Below are positions 17,518 through 28,428 of a stretch of 64,000 nucleotides of DNA, piece by piece. The stretch covers positions 17,159 to 81,158 of the forward strand of contig JAZNCN010000012.1 in the NCBI GenBank assembly GCA_045587545.1, given 5' to 3'. The stretch comes from Candidatus Caccoplasma sp. (GTDB lineage: Bacteria; Bacteroidota; Bacteroidia; Bacteroidales; G3-4614). The translations under genes and the position numbers were made by a program. Under the pieces are notes generated by a model. The model searched no databases, was not told where the DNA came from, and saw only the letters and a program-made list of their open reading frames with translations. Position 1 is the first letter of the stretch, and the number at the start of each line of letters is the position of its first letter.

Positions 17518-19173
17518 ATGAGAAAATATTTTTTACTCTTGTTGCTAATACTTATTACCCCATGTTTGCATGCACAGCAAATATGGGAAGATATTATACC
17601 TGCAGACCTTAAATGGAGTGTTAATCCAAAATTAGATGTTAAATCTGACTCATTGACTAAATTAGAGATTTGTAACTATAATAAAAATTTAGGAGAAGGA
17701 GATAATTGGGATTATGAAACAATATCAATAGATCTTTCTGCAGTAACCGATTCTACAAGAGTAAAATTCTCAATAATGAATTTGCATAACAAGGTAAATG
17801 AGAATGTTTACTATGTCTATAATGAGAAAGGCAAAAAGTTAAAGCATGAAAATTGGAAAGGCATATATTGGGGATACCATTTAACCTTTGTAGGTGACTC
17901 AATATATAAAAGATATCATCGCGACTACTACAACAGAGCAAATTATCATGTGGCTTATCGTAGCTCCTATTCCGGTGTAAATGGTTGTTGGGAGAAAGAT
18001 AAAAACATTGACACCATCAGAGTTAATATCTCCATAATTGAAGATACTCTCAGGGTGTATGAAAACCGAAAGCTATTATACAAGGCTGCAAATAGTTTCC
18101 CCGATAAATTAGAGATTATTGCAGGCTCTGCTTCACATGTTGTTGTTGATAGTTTTAAGATAGAACAGGTCTCTGTTTTTGGAAAAGTTGAGCCTTATAT
18201 AGTAGAAGGCGACAATAATTATGAAGAGGGAAACTTTTTTGAAGCGGTCGTAAACTATTCCAAGGCAATAGAGAGAGGGTATGAGGAGTATGATATATAT
18301 TTTAGAAGGGGAATGACATATATGCAAAGTCAATTATATATAAGTGCAATAGATGATTTTACCAAAGCCCTTTCATATAAAGAGTCAGAGGAGGCTTATT
18401 TTTATAGAGGAATGGCTAAGATGCAAAATCGCGATTTATCAGGATTGGCAGATTTAAAGTTAGGGGGGCTTCAAGGAGCTATTTTCTTAAAAGAGTATGA
18501 ACTTAAATTTGGTATTCAAGATATACAGCAGGTAAGCACTAAGTCGGAATATACAGGTTCGGGAACAGGCTTTTTTGTAGATTCGAGAGGCTTTATTGTA
18601 ACAAACTATCACGTAGTTGAAAATTCCTCTACAATAGATGTCTTTTTTATATTCAATGGAGAGACTAAAAAATATGCAACCAAACTTTTAGTTGCTGACA
18701 AAAATAACGATTTAGTTATACTAAAAATAGATGATCCGCAATATAAACCTATGCCGGAGATACCCTATATGATAGATTTTAAGACTCAAGAGGTGGGAAC
18801 ATCGGTTTATGCAATGGGATTTCCATCTCCGACAACTCTTGGTGAAGAGATAAAGGTTACCGACGGAATAATAAGTTCAAAAACCGGTGAGCAAGGAGAT
18901 GTTACGGTATATCAAATATCTGCACCTATTCAGCCAGGCAATAGCGGAGGTCCACTCTTTAACAAGTTGGGATATATGGTAGGTATTACAAATGCGGGTA
19001 TGCCAAAAATGGAAAATGTTGGTTATGCAATTAAATCATCATATTTAAATAGTCTGATAGAGAGTTGTCCTGAAAAGATAAAGTTGCCATCTGTCAATAA
19101 GCTTGACAATCTCTCATTGCCGGAAAAAGTAAAAATGGCATCACCCTATGTGGTTTTGATAAAGGTTCGCTAA
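17518..19173 (+). CDS. Exported TPR + trypsin-like (S1C) serine protease
   Basis: Signal peptide MRKYFLLLL...LHAQ, TPR repeats, GSGTGFF, TNYHVV, NDLVILK and IQPGNSGGPL (catalytic triad). Confidence 0.88.
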   Translation: MRKYFLLLLLILITPCLHAQQIWEDIIPADLKWSVNPKLDVKSDSLTKLEICNYNKNLGEGDNWDYETISIDLSAVTDSTRVKFSIMNLHNKVNENVYYVYNEKGKKLKHENWKGIYWGYHLTFVGDSIYKRYHRDYYNRANYHVAYRSSYSGVNGCWEKDKNIDTIRVNISIIEDTLRVYENRKLLYKAANSFPDKLEIIAGSASHVVVDSFKIEQVSVFGKVEPYIVEGDNNYEEGNFFEAVVNYSKAIERGYEEYDIYFRRGMTYMQSQLYISAIDDFTKALSYKESEEAYFYRGMAKMQNRDLSGLADLKLGGLQGAIFLKEYELKFGIQDIQQVSTKSEYTGSGTGFFVDSRGFIVTNYHVVENSSTIDVFFIFNGETKKYATKLLVADKNNDLVILKIDDPQYKPMPEIPYMIDFKTQEVGTSVYAMGFPSPTTLGEEIKVTDGIISSKTGEQGDVTVYQISAPIQPGNSGGPLFNKLGYMVGITNAGMPKMENVGYAIKSSYLNSLIESCPEKIKLPSVNKLDNLSLPEKVKMASPYVVLIKVR

Positions 19174-19250
19174 AAACATTCTTTTTTATTTATCACATAC
19201 TTTCGTTTCTTTGTTGTATCTTCGCACTTTATTAGAGAAATTTGATTGAT

Positions 19251-20594
19251 ATGGCAGAAAAAATGGAGTGGGGGCGTCTTATCTCCTCAAAAAGATTTGG
19301 ATTAGAAGATTATCACGATGAGAAACGACATAATCGAACACGTTTTCAACGCGATTATGACCGTCTGATATTCTCTGCCCCTTTTCGCCGTTTACAAAAT
19401 AAAACTCAGGTGTTTCCGCTTCCCGGTAGTGTGTTTGTTCATAACCGTCTGACACATAGTCTTGAGGTTTCAAGTGTAGGTCGTTCGTTAGGTAGTAATA
19501 TCGCGTCGTATATTGAGGAGAGTACCACAGATGTTGAACTATTGCGTAAACTGCCCGGGATACCCGATATTGTGGCAACAGCATGCCTTGCTCATGATAT
19601 GGGAAATCCCCCATTCGGACACTCTGGCGAAATGGCAATAGGTTCTTATTTCTCTGAGGGGAAAGGTCTTGGTTTGCGAGGGATAATAGGAGATAGATTA
19701 TGGAGCGACCTTTCTCGTTTTGAAGGAAATGCAAATGCATTTCGTTTGCTTACGCACGATTTTAAGGGACGTCGTAAAGGAGGCTTTGCCCTTACATATT
19801 CAACCCTTGCGTCAATAGTCAAATATCCATATGAATCGACCCTTGCAGGAGAAAAACATAAATTTGGCTTTTTTGTATCAGAGGAGGAGCACTATAAAAA
19901 GGTGGCTGCCGAACTTGGTATATTGGATAAAAGTACCGATGAGCGTGTAAAATATTGCAGACACCCATTGGTATATCTTGTTGAGGCAGCAGATGATATC
20001 TGTTATCAGATAATGGATATAGAGGACTCTCATAAACTTAAAATACTTACAACAGGGCAGACAAAAGAGTATTTGTTATCGTTTTTTGATGGAGATGAAC
20101 TTGCGCATGTCGAATCAATATTATCGATGCTTGAAGATAAAAATGAGCAGGTTGCATATCTTCGCTCATCAATTGTAGGTTTGTTGGTTGATGAGTGTTC
20201 AAAAGCCTTTATTGAGCATGAAGATGAGATATTACGAGGAGAGTGTAAATCGCCACTTATCGATTTAATTTCAGATACACCGCGTAAGGCATATCGTAAA
20301 TGTTCAGCAATGGCATACGAAAAGATATATAACTACTCGGGAGTTTTAGATATTGAGTTGGCAGGTAATCAAATCGTAACATATCTGTTGGAACGATTGG
20401 CTGATGCGGTTTTACACCCCGATAAGTCTTATTCAAAACTATTGTTGGCAAAAGTGCCGCAACAATATGATATGCAAGCCCCCGATATACCATCGCGCAT
20501 ACAGGCGGTAACCGATTATATTTCGGGTATGACTGATGTATATGCCTTGGATTTGTATCAAAAACTAAATGGAATGAGTTTGCCGGTAATTTAG
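19251..20594 (+). CDS. dgt: Deoxyguanosinetriphosphate triphosphohydrolase (dGTPase)
   Basis: FRRLQNKTQVF, HNRLTHSLEV, AHDMGNPPFGHSGE, EAADDICY, DYISGMTD. Confidence 0.93.
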   Translation: MAEKMEWGRLISSKRFGLEDYHDEKRHNRTRFQRDYDRLIFSAPFRRLQNKTQVFPLPGSVFVHNRLTHSLEVSSVGRSLGSNIASYIEESTTDVELLRKLPGIPDIVATACLAHDMGNPPFGHSGEMAIGSYFSEGKGLGLRGIIGDRLWSDLSRFEGNANAFRLLTHDFKGRRKGGFALTYSTLASIVKYPYESTLAGEKHKFGFFVSEEEHYKKVAAELGILDKSTDERVKYCRHPLVYLVEAADDICYQIMDIEDSHKLKILTTGQTKEYLLSFFDGDELAHVESILSMLEDKNEQVAYLRSSIVGLLVDECSKAFIEHEDEILRGECKSPLIDLISDTPRKAYRKCSAMAYEKIYNYSGVLDIELAGNQIVTYLLERLADAVLHPDKSYSKLLLAKVPQQYDMQAPDIPSRIQAVTDYISGMTDVYALDLYQKLNGMSLPVI

Positions 20595-20645
20595 TTGTTA
20601 GTTATCGGTTATACCGCCCCTTAGGGGCAGTTGTTAGATGTTAGA
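20592..20645 (-). repeat. REP-like element copy
   Basis: tagttgttagttatcggttataccgccccttaggggcagttgttagatgttag. Confidence 0.5.
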
Positions 20646-20647
20646 AG

Positions 20648-21877
20648 ATGAAAGAATTTATATTAACAGAGCAGGAGAGTGAACGTACTGTATTGGTGGG
20701 TTTGGTAACTCCTCAACAGAATGAGGCGAAGGTAAACGAGTATCTTGATGAACTTGCCTTCCTTGCCGACACTGCGGGAGCAGTGCCTGTAAAAAACTTT
20801 ATACAAAAGTTAGACTATCCCAATCCTGTAACCTTTGTGGGTAAAGGAAAGTTGGAGGAGATAAGAACCTATGTAGAGGAAAACGGAATAGGGTTGGTGA
20901 TATTTGATGATGAACTATCGCCCAAACAGTTGAAAAACATTGAAGAGGCATTGAAAGTTAAAATTCTTGATAGAACCTCTTTAATATTGGATATATTTGC
21001 AAAAAGAGCCCAAACTGCCCATGCAAAAACACAAGTAGAGTTGGCACAGTATCAATATTTGTTACCTCGCCTAACAAGGTTGTGGACTCACCTTGAACGT
21101 CAACGCGGAGGTATTGGTATGCGTGGACCCGGTGAAACGCAGATTGAGACCGACCGCCGTATAGTCCTTGACAAAATATCTCACCTTAAAGAGGAATTGA
21201 AACTGATTGACAAACAAAAATCGGTACAACGTAAAAACAGAGGGAAAATGGTGCGTGTGGCACTTGTGGGATATACCAACGTCGGAAAATCAACATTGAT
21301 GAATCTGTTGTGCAAATCAGATGTATTTGCCGAAAATAAACTCTTTGCAACACTTGATACAACGGTACGTAAGATGATTATCGAGAACTTGCCTTTCTTA
21401 ATGAGCGATACCGTAGGATTTATTCGCAAACTACCCACTAACCTTATCGAATCATTTAAATCAACCCTTGATGAGGTTCGCGAGGCAGATATACTTTTGC
21501 ATGTAGTGGATATATCGCACCCTGCCTTTGAGGAGCAAATTGAGGTGGTTGAAAAGACCATAGCCGATATATGTAAAGATGGTGAGCAGAAGCCGGTAAT
21601 AATTGTATTTAATAAGATAGATGCCTTCACTTACGTACAAAAAGATGAAGATGACCTTTCGCCACGCACACGCGAGAACATATCGCTTGATGAGTTGAAA
21701 GAGAGTTGGATGGCAAAAATGGGAGATAACTGCATCTTTATTTCTGCGGTGGAGCGTAGCAATATAGAGGAGTTAAAATCGTTGATGTATCAAAAAGTAA
21801 AAGAGATACACGTTAAGCGTTTTCCTTATAATGATTTCCTCTTTTATCAATACGATGAGAGTGGTGAGACCATATAG
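20648..21877 (+). CDS. hflX: GTPase HflX
   Basis: RGPGETQIETDRR, VGYTNVGKST, LFATLDTT, SDTVGFIRKLP, NKID. Confidence 0.96.
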   Translation: MKEFILTEQESERTVLVGLVTPQQNEAKVNEYLDELAFLADTAGAVPVKNFIQKLDYPNPVTFVGKGKLEEIRTYVEENGIGLVIFDDELSPKQLKNIEEALKVKILDRTSLILDIFAKRAQTAHAKTQVELAQYQYLLPRLTRLWTHLERQRGGIGMRGPGETQIETDRRIVLDKISHLKEELKLIDKQKSVQRKNRGKMVRVALVGYTNVGKSTLMNLLCKSDVFAENKLFATLDTTVRKMIIENLPFLMSDTVGFIRKLPTNLIESFKSTLDEVREADILLHVVDISHPAFEEQIEVVEKTIADICKDGEQKPVIIVFNKIDAFTYVQKDEDDLSPRTRENISLDELKESWMAKMGDNCIFISAVERSNIEELKSLMYQKVKEIHVKRFPYNDFLFYQYDESGETI

Positions 21878-21963
21878 AATTAGAAATTAGTTCGTGGCTT
21901 TGCCACAATTGGGAATTAGAATTTAAACAAAAATAACTACTAATTCCAAATTCAAATTAAACG

Positions 21964-22542
21964 ATGATAAATATAGAGACTCCTGACGGTTCAACCACAG
22001 TTCTATTACATGCCTGTTGTGCTCCGTGTTCATCAGCAATAATAGAGGCTATGTTGGCAAACGACATAACCCCTGTTATATACTTTTTTAACCCCAATAT
22101 CTATCCCCAAGAGGAGTATATAAAACGAAAAACCGAGATAGAGAATTATGCTCACCGATTAGGCTTAGAGATTGTTGATGCAGATTACGATTATGAGACA
22201 TGGCGTGAGGGAACTTACGGAATGGAGACCTTGCCAGAGAGGAGTAGCCGATGTCAATACTGCTTTAAAATGAGACTGCTGCAAACTGCACGATATGCCG
22301 CAGAGCGAGGTATAAAATATTTTACTACAACGCTTGCTTCTTCGCGATGGAAAGACTTTAATCAAATCATTGAAGCAGGACGTTATGCGACTTCACAGGT
22401 TGAAGGTGTTGAGTTTTGGGAGCAAAATTGGCGCAAGGGAGGCTTGTATGAACGTCGCAACCAACTATTAAAAATTGAGAACTTCTATAACCAACAATAT
22501 TGTGGCTGCGAGTATAGTGCAAAGAGAGTTGTAAGTTGTTAG
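21964..22542 (+). CDS. queH: Epoxyqueuosine reductase QueH (DUF208)
   Basis: LLHACCAPCS, NPNIYP, RCQYCF, QQYCGCEYS. Confidence 0.92.
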   Translation: MINIETPDGSTTVLLHACCAPCSSAIIEAMLANDITPVIYFFNPNIYPQEEYIKRKTEIENYAHRLGLEIVDADYDYETWREGTYGMETLPERSSRCQYCFKMRLLQTARYAAERGIKYFTTTLASSRWKDFNQIIEAGRYATSQVEGVEFWEQNWRKGGLYERRNQLLKIENFYNQQYCGCEYSAKRVVSC

Positions 22543-22588
22543 CTATCAGTTATTATTTATACAATTCTTAATTCAAGAAAAGCAATTG

Positions 22589-25528
22589 TTAAAATAATTT
22601 CATTGCCTCGTATGCCACATTCTGAATTTTGGGGCGGATATTCATCTTCATCAGCTCTGTATTCCATCGGTTAGGATAAACTCTGTTTGAGAGGAATATA
22701 AAAATCATATTATTCTTTTTGTCAACCCAAAAACAGGTGCCTGTATATCCGGTGTGGCCATACACTTCGGCAGGAGCATCGGGCGAGCAAGGGCTTTTAT
22801 CTTCGTTTGTTAAATCGGGTTTGTCAAATCCTAATGCGCGACGGCTGATATTGCTTTTGGTTTGTGTAAATAGTTCAATAGTCTTATCCGTAATAAAACG
22901 CTCCCCTCCATAAGTGCCACCATTAAGGAACATTTGTAATAGTTTTGCAAGGTCTCGGGCTGTACCAAACAGTCCGGCATTACCACTCACTCCGCCCATA
23001 AAGCAGGCAGTTTCGTCGTGCGGATAGCCGATCATTAACTCTTTTCGTAAGAATTTATCGTTTTCGGTTGGCATAATTTCCCACTTCTCGAATTTCTCTA
23101 ATGGTCTGAATAGTGTTCGGCTCATTCCCAATGGAGTATAAAAAAGAGAGTCGGTCAGTTTGTTAAGGTTACAACCGGCAATATTCTCCAATACCTCTTG
23201 TAAAAGTATAAAGTTCAGGTCGCTGTATTTATAACCTTGATGCTTTTTAGGTATCATTTGGAGAGTTTTGTAAATTATAGTGTCGCGCACAGCCTTTGTG
23301 CCCCATAGACGGTTGCATATTTTAACGGAATAAACACTATCTGCTGTTGTCGAAACCAAATCTTTCCGAAGTTTGGCTTGATTGTTTGCATATGTGTTCT
23401 TATCAATCTGAATAGTGTAAGGGTTTTGTCTTCTCCATGAGTATAGTTTGCCTCCGTAACTATTACTATCGGTGAAGAGATAGTTGGGATTTATTCCCGG
23501 AGGTAGTCCACTCTCGTGCCAAAGCAAATCTTTTATTTTTGTCTCTTTAAGATGAGAGGTGTCTGGCATGTTTATATAGTTACAAAGATTATCATCAATC
23601 TCTAATTTGCCCATACTATGCATATACATAATTGCTGGCATTGTAGCTGCACATTTTGTAACAGAAGCGAGGTCATATATGTCGTTTAGTGTAACCTCTC
23701 TACTATCTTTTCCGGCTCTTTTGCCAAAGGCTTTTTCATATACTATTTTGCCATCTTTGGCTATCAGTACCTGACAACCCGGGAAAGCCTCTTTATTAAG
23801 ACCCTCGGCTATTATAGTGTCAATTGCATTTAAAGCTATACTGCTCATTCCTACAATCTCTGCAGGAGCATATCCCAATCTTATGCACTCAGTGGGTATC
23901 CCATCTCCTCTCTTAAATGGTTCTGCATTTACGGGTAGTTTACCTTTTGCGCCTAAGCCGCCCATAATAATTTCTGCAGCACACTCTTGGGCAACTTTGC
24001 TATCTTCGTAAGCCATAACAACAGCTTTTGCGCCTTTTATAATTTGTGCATATTTTTTCATGTCGTAAGGCGATGTAAAGAATGCCAATATATAGTTTTT
24101 GCCTTTACTCTCGGCTTCAACTTGAGCCACTATGTTGCTCTTGCCTGAGTAAATTCCTATGATTGAGACAATCTCTTTATCTCTGGAGTTTTTATATTCT
24201 ATACCGTAGCTTTCAATTCTGTTTTTGAAATTAGAACTGTTTGTTGTCCCAAAACACTTAATCTCAATCTCTCTATTTGTCAGATTTTTTAAAGGAATAA
24301 TATCCTCATTTTTTAATAGAGTAGAGGCATTTGAATGTATCTTATATATGATTTTTTCTGATGTAGCCGATCTAATATCGTTAATCAATCCCTCTTCCGG
24401 TAATGGACTCTTATTTTTGATTACAAAAGCATATTTGTATAAAAGAATTTTTTTGACGGCACGTCGCAAAACATCTTCTGATAGTGTTCCGTCATTAATA
24501 GCTCTTTCAATACTTTTTACACACTCGCCCACATCAAGAGGCTTGAGTAAAATATGGTTGCCTGCCATCAACGCCTTTAATGCACTATTTTGAGCAGTAG
24601 CACCTTTCATCTCTAATGCATCGGTAAAAAGTAGTCCCTCAAAACCAAGTTCCCGTTTTAATAGAGAGTCCACAATTATAGGCGATAGAGAAGTGGGTAG
24701 CCCACTTATTGAGTCTAATGCCGGCATAACCAAATGTCCAACCATAATCGAAGGCATACCTGATTTTATATACTCTTTAAATGGGTATAGTTCCTCTTGC
24801 TCAAGTTGAGAAATGCTCTTGTTATTTATAGGGAGTGTTTTATGCGAATCGCTTTCAACATCGCCATGTCCCGGAAAATGCTTACCAACAGGTAAAACAC
24901 CCTCTGATAATAATCCTCTCGAGTAGGCGATGCCTAATCGAGCAACCCTTTCGGGATTATCTCCGTATGAGCGTTTACCTATAACCGGGTTAAGCGGGTT
25001 GCTGTTAACATCAATATCAGGGGCGAAATTTACATGAATGCCCATTCTTCGGCATTGGCGTCCCACCTCTTTGCCATATTGGAATGCAAGTTCTTCATTA
25101 TCTGAAGCTCCAACAGTAATGTTCATAGGAAAGCGAGGGGTATCAGTTAGACGCATAGCCAAGCCCCACTCTCCGTCAATGGTAATCATAAGAGGAATAT
25201 CCGACAGACTCTGAGCATATTCTGTCAACCTTAGATGAGATAAGGCATCTCCTTTGCTTAAAATAAAGCCTCCTACTTTATACTCTTTTATCATTTTTGC
25301 TATATGAGTACGATTGCTTTCGTCATTAGTGGTTAGTGCTCCTGCTACAAATAGTTGCCCTACGCGTTCTCTGAGGGACATATTTTTATAAACAGAGTCG
25401 CTCCATGCGTATGCTTCGTGTGGTATATATATATTGGGGCTTTTTGCTTCAGGGGCAATTTCAATGGCGGTAATAATAGGGAAAATAAGGGTTAAAACTA
25501 TAACAGCAAGTCGTTTTATATATCTCAT
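22589..25528 (-). CDS. GH3 beta-N-acetylglucosaminidase fused to a serine hydrolase (beta-lactamase/AmiE-like) domain
   Basis: DGEWGL, KHFPGHGDVESDSH and FTDALEM (GH3 NagZ); LASVTK (SxxK), YSDLNF and GHTGYTG in the C-terminal domain. Confidence 0.92.
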   Translation of the reverse strand: MRYIKRLAVIVLTLIFPIITAIEIAPEAKSPNIYIPHEAYAWSDSVYKNMSLRERVGQLFVAGALTTNDESNRTHIAKMIKEYKVGGFILSKGDALSHLRLTEYAQSLSDIPLMITIDGEWGLAMRLTDTPRFPMNITVGASDNEELAFQYGKEVGRQCRRMGIHVNFAPDIDVNSNPLNPVIGKRSYGDNPERVARLGIAYSRGLLSEGVLPVGKHFPGHGDVESDSHKTLPINNKSISQLEQEELYPFKEYIKSGMPSIMVGHLVMPALDSISGLPTSLSPIIVDSLLKRELGFEGLLFTDALEMKGATAQNSALKALMAGNHILLKPLDVGECVKSIERAINDGTLSEDVLRRAVKKILLYKYAFVIKNKSPLPEEGLINDIRSATSEKIIYKIHSNASTLLKNEDIIPLKNLTNREIEIKCFGTTNSSNFKNRIESYGIEYKNSRDKEIVSIIGIYSGKSNIVAQVEAESKGKNYILAFFTSPYDMKKYAQIIKGAKAVVMAYEDSKVAQECAAEIIMGGLGAKGKLPVNAEPFKRGDGIPTECIRLGYAPAEIVGMSSIALNAIDTIIAEGLNKEAFPGCQVLIAKDGKIVYEKAFGKRAGKDSREVTLNDIYDLASVTKCAATMPAIMYMHSMGKLEIDDNLCNYINMPDTSHLKETKIKDLLWHESGLPPGINPNYLFTDSNSYGGKLYSWRRQNPYTIQIDKNTYANNQAKLRKDLVSTTADSVYSVKICNRLWGTKAVRDTIIYKTLQMIPKKHQGYKYSDLNFILLQEVLENIAGCNLNKLTDSLFYTPLGMSRTLFRPLEKFEKWEIMPTENDKFLRKELMIGYPHDETACFMGGVSGNAGLFGTARDLAKLLQMFLNGGTYGGERFITDKTIELFTQTKSNISRRALGFDKPDLTNEDKSPCSPDAPAEVYGHTGYTGTCFWVDKKNNMIFIFLSNRVYPNRWNTELMKMNIRPKIQNVAYEAMKLF

Positions 25529-25697
25529 AAGAAGCAAAATAATAAAGGAATGTATATATATGCGAAGATAGCTTATTTATATCTATATTCAAACAATTTT
25601 TTATCTGTTTTTTTATAGGAGGAATATTAATTTTCAATAAAATTAAAAACTACCCGCAAATAGATTTGGTTTTCTTGTAAAAATTTTGTTACTTTGC

Positions 25698-25747
25698 ACC
25701 GCTTTTCGCAATCTCTGGCAAGGAGATGTGACTTGTTAAATTGCGGT
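25698..25747 (+). promoter_or_regulatory. Possible structured rplS 5' leader
   Basis: atctct-ggcaa-ggagat hairpin nested inside cgca/tgcg (or accgc/gcggt) pairing, just after a near -7 box (ttactttg). Confidence 0.35.
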
Positions 25748-25773
25748 TTACGAATATTTTAAATTATAATAAG

Positions 25774-26136
25774 ATGGATTTTATTAAAATTGCAGAAGAG
25801 GCATTTGCTTCAGGAATTGAGATGCCTTCGTTCAAAAGCGGAGACACTATCACTGTGGCATACCGTATCAAAGAGGGTAACAAAGAGCGTATCCAACAAT
25901 ATCGCGGTGTAGTTATCCGTATTTCAGGAAACGGTAATAAAAAACGTTTTACAGTACGTAAAATGTCAGACAACGTAGGAGTAGAGAGAATTTTCCCTAT
26001 GGACTCTCCTTTTATCGAGAGCATTGTTGTTAACAAATACGGTAAAGTTCGCCGTTCAAAACTTTACTACTTGCGTGCCCTTACAGGTAAAAAAGCTCGT
26101 ATTAAAGAGAGAAGAATTGTTGAGAAAAAAGCATAA
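25774..26136 (+). CDS. rplS: 50S ribosomal protein L19
   Basis: FKSGDTITVAYRIKEGNKERIQ, GVERIFP, GKVRRSKLYYLR. Confidence 0.98.
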   Translation: MDFIKIAEEAFASGIEMPSFKSGDTITVAYRIKEGNKERIQQYRGVVIRISGNGNKKRFTVRKMSDNVGVERIFPMDSPFIESIVVNKYGKVRRSKLYYLRALTGKKARIKERRIVEKKA

Positions 26137-26152
26137 TCGCTTTATCAATAAC

Positions 26153-26193
26153 AAAAAAAAGAAAGGATTGCATAAGCAGTCCTTTCTTTTTTT
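26153..26193 (+). terminator. Rho-independent terminator
   Basis: aaaaaaaagaaaggattgc-ataa-gcagtcctttcttttttt. Confidence 0.85.
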
Positions 26194-26358
26194 GCTATAC
26201 TTTCTCTTGTAAAAATATTTGATTATCAGGTGATATTTTAAATATTTTCTTTACCTTTGTACGATAATGGGTGTTTCTTCTGTGAAACCATAACTTTTAG
26301 ATTAAAAAATCTAAATATAAGTAAGATAAAAGTTCAAAACAGAATAAATAGAGTAAAT

Positions 26359-27573
26359 ATGAAAAATATATTTAAAAGACCATTTGGGATATTCGTTCTA
26401 CTAAGTATAGTGGGTTTATTGAGCTATTCGTGTAACGAAGAGGAAAATGATTTGTTGGCACCGGGTAATCCTAATCCGGAACCTTCAATATTTTGTGTCT
26501 CTGTTGGTGCAACAGAAGGTGGTTTGGTAAAAATTGATGGTGAAGATAAAGAAGAGGTCTATTTGAATAAAGGAGAAAAAATCGTATTGAGTGCAACTCC
26601 TAATGAAAATTATTTTTTTATAAATTGGACAGTAGATGGAGTAGAGGTGTCAAAAGATGAAGAATATTCGCCACAAGTGACCAAAGATGCAAAATATATA
26701 GCGAATTTTGCAAAATCAAAAATCGATATTTGGTTAAAAACAAATATACCGGAAGCTTCCACACAGATTAGAATTAATAATGAAATAGTTGACCCTATGC
26801 AGGATACCCCTTTTCAGGTTAACTATAACGATGAGGTTTCCATATCACAACGAAGAGTAAATTCAGGTTATGGATTTGTATTTTATATAATTGATGGGGA
26901 TATCGTCTCTATTAACAATACCTCTTATAAGATAGAAAATGTAACTAAAGATACAGAGATATATGTAGTATATAGAGAAACAAAAAAAGAACAGAACCAT
27001 GAATATATTGATATGGGTCTATCTGTAAAATGGGCAACATCTAATATCGGAGCATCAAAACAAGAGAATAATGGAAATTATTATGCATGGGGTGCAGTAC
27101 AGAATAAGCCTCCTTATGATAAAGAATCTTATAAGTGGTGGAATTCTGAAACAGAAAGCTATACTAAGTATTTTGTCAATTCAGAATCAGGTGAAGGAGA
27201 TAACAAAATGGTTCTTGACAGTGAAGATGATATTGCTTCATTATTGTGGAAAGGAGCGTGGAGAATACCTACGATAGAAGAGTGGAACGAACTAAAAACC
27301 AAGTGTGAATGGATTTGGACTGAAATATCAGGAGTCAAAGGTTATGTAGTTATAAATAAGAGTCGTGATAATTACATATTCCTTCCTGCTACAGGATACT
27401 ATTTTGAAAATAGCACCCATCTTATAGGTCAAGCAGGGTATTATTGGGCAAACTCTTTAAAACAAGGCTCTTCCGAAGATGCAGGCTATTTATATTTCTA
27501 TTCAGATAGACTTTTGTCTGGATATCACGAAAGATATGTGGGACACACCGTAAGAGCAGTTATTGCGCAGTAG
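26359..27573 (+). CDS. Surface lipoprotein with InlB-B/Flg_new-type repeats and C-terminal DUF1566/Fib_succ-like (CLec-like) domain
   Basis: Lipobox LSYSC followed by acidic NEEEND; ATPNENYFFINWT repeat; YIDMGLSVKWATSNIGA...YYAWG...WRIPT...GYYW...VRAV. Confidence 0.8.
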   Translation: MKNIFKRPFGIFVLLSIVGLLSYSCNEEENDLLAPGNPNPEPSIFCVSVGATEGGLVKIDGEDKEEVYLNKGEKIVLSATPNENYFFINWTVDGVEVSKDEEYSPQVTKDAKYIANFAKSKIDIWLKTNIPEASTQIRINNEIVDPMQDTPFQVNYNDEVSISQRRVNSGYGFVFYIIDGDIVSINNTSYKIENVTKDTEIYVVYRETKKEQNHEYIDMGLSVKWATSNIGASKQENNGNYYAWGAVQNKPPYDKESYKWWNSETESYTKYFVNSESGEGDNKMVLDSEDDIASLLWKGAWRIPTIEEWNELKTKCEWIWTEISGVKGYVVINKSRDNYIFLPATGYYFENSTHLIGQAGYYWANSLKQGSSEDAGYLYFYSDRLLSGYHERYVGHTVRAVIAQ

Positions 27574-27632
27574 CAAAATAATTTAAAACGCCACGGAGAT
27601 ATGTGGTTGCTATAACGGTTTTATTGATAAAT

Positions 27633-27673
27633 AAAAACGGCAAAAGAGAGAAATAATCTTTTGCCGTTTTTTT
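27633..27673. terminator. Bidirectional terminator
   Basis: aaaaacggcaaaaga...tcttttgccgttttttt between convergent genes. Confidence 0.85.
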
Positions 27674-27694
27674 GTTATTAACCAATATGGAATT

Positions 27695-28234
27695 TTAGTA
27701 ATTAGTTGCTCTTAGTCTGAAATGTGCCTTTGCGTGATCGCAAATAGGACAAATTTCTGGAGCCTCTTTACCAATTACAATATGTCCACAATTGCCACAT
27801 TCCCATATGCAATCACCATCACGAGAGAAAACAATCTTCCTTTCAATATTGTCAAGAAGTTTGCGATAACGCTCTTCGTGTTCCTTCTCAATTTTAGCAA
27901 CACCTTCAAATAAGAATGCAATGTGGTCAAATCCTTCTTCTTTTGCCTCTTTTGCAAAAGTGGCATACATATCTGTCCACTCATAGTTTTCTCCTGCAGC
28001 TGCATCGGCAAGATTAGTCGCTGTATCTGCTATGGCTCCACCATGCAAAAGTTTGAACCATATTTTGGCGTGCTCTTTCTCGTTGTTGGCTGTAGCCTCA
28101 AAAAGTTCAGCTATTTGAACATAGCCCTCTTTTTTAGCTTTAGCAGCATAATATGTGTACTTATTACGTGCTTGCGATTCTCCGGCAAACGCAGTCATAA
28201 GATTTTGCTCGGTTTTACTTCCTTTAAGTTCCAT
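27695..28234 (-). CDS. rbr: Rubrerythrin
   Basis: [37 protein letters not shown]...CPICDH. Confidence 0.95.
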   Translation of the reverse strand: MELKGSKTEQNLMTAFAGESQARNKYTYYAAKAKKEGYVQIAELFEATANNEKEHAKIWFKLLHGGAIADTATNLADAAAGENYEWTDMYATFAKEAKEEGFDHIAFLFEGVAKIEKEHEERYRKLLDNIERKIVFSRDGDCIWECGNCGHIVIGKEAPEICPICDHAKAHFRLRATNY

Positions 28235-28428
28235 CTCGTTTAAATTTAATTAAGGTTTTAAGATTAATTTCTTATGGCAAATTTATAAAAATATCCATTA
28301 TATTAATACAAAACCATATGAAAATGTTTAGTTAAAAAATATTACAGATATTGTATAGCTGAGAATAAAGATGTTACTTTGCAATAAATTAGTTAAGATT
28401 GCATAAAGAGCCGATAAAATTTATAAAT

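Noticed and set aside
19251-20594. dGTPase as an anti-phage nucleotide-depletion system
   Set aside because: It resembles the ordinary Bacteroidales dgt and sits among core genes (hflX, queH).
22589-25528. Beta-lactamase resistance gene
   Set aside because: The SxxK domain is fused to GH3 NagZ, a common peptidoglycan-recycling architecture in Bacteroidota.
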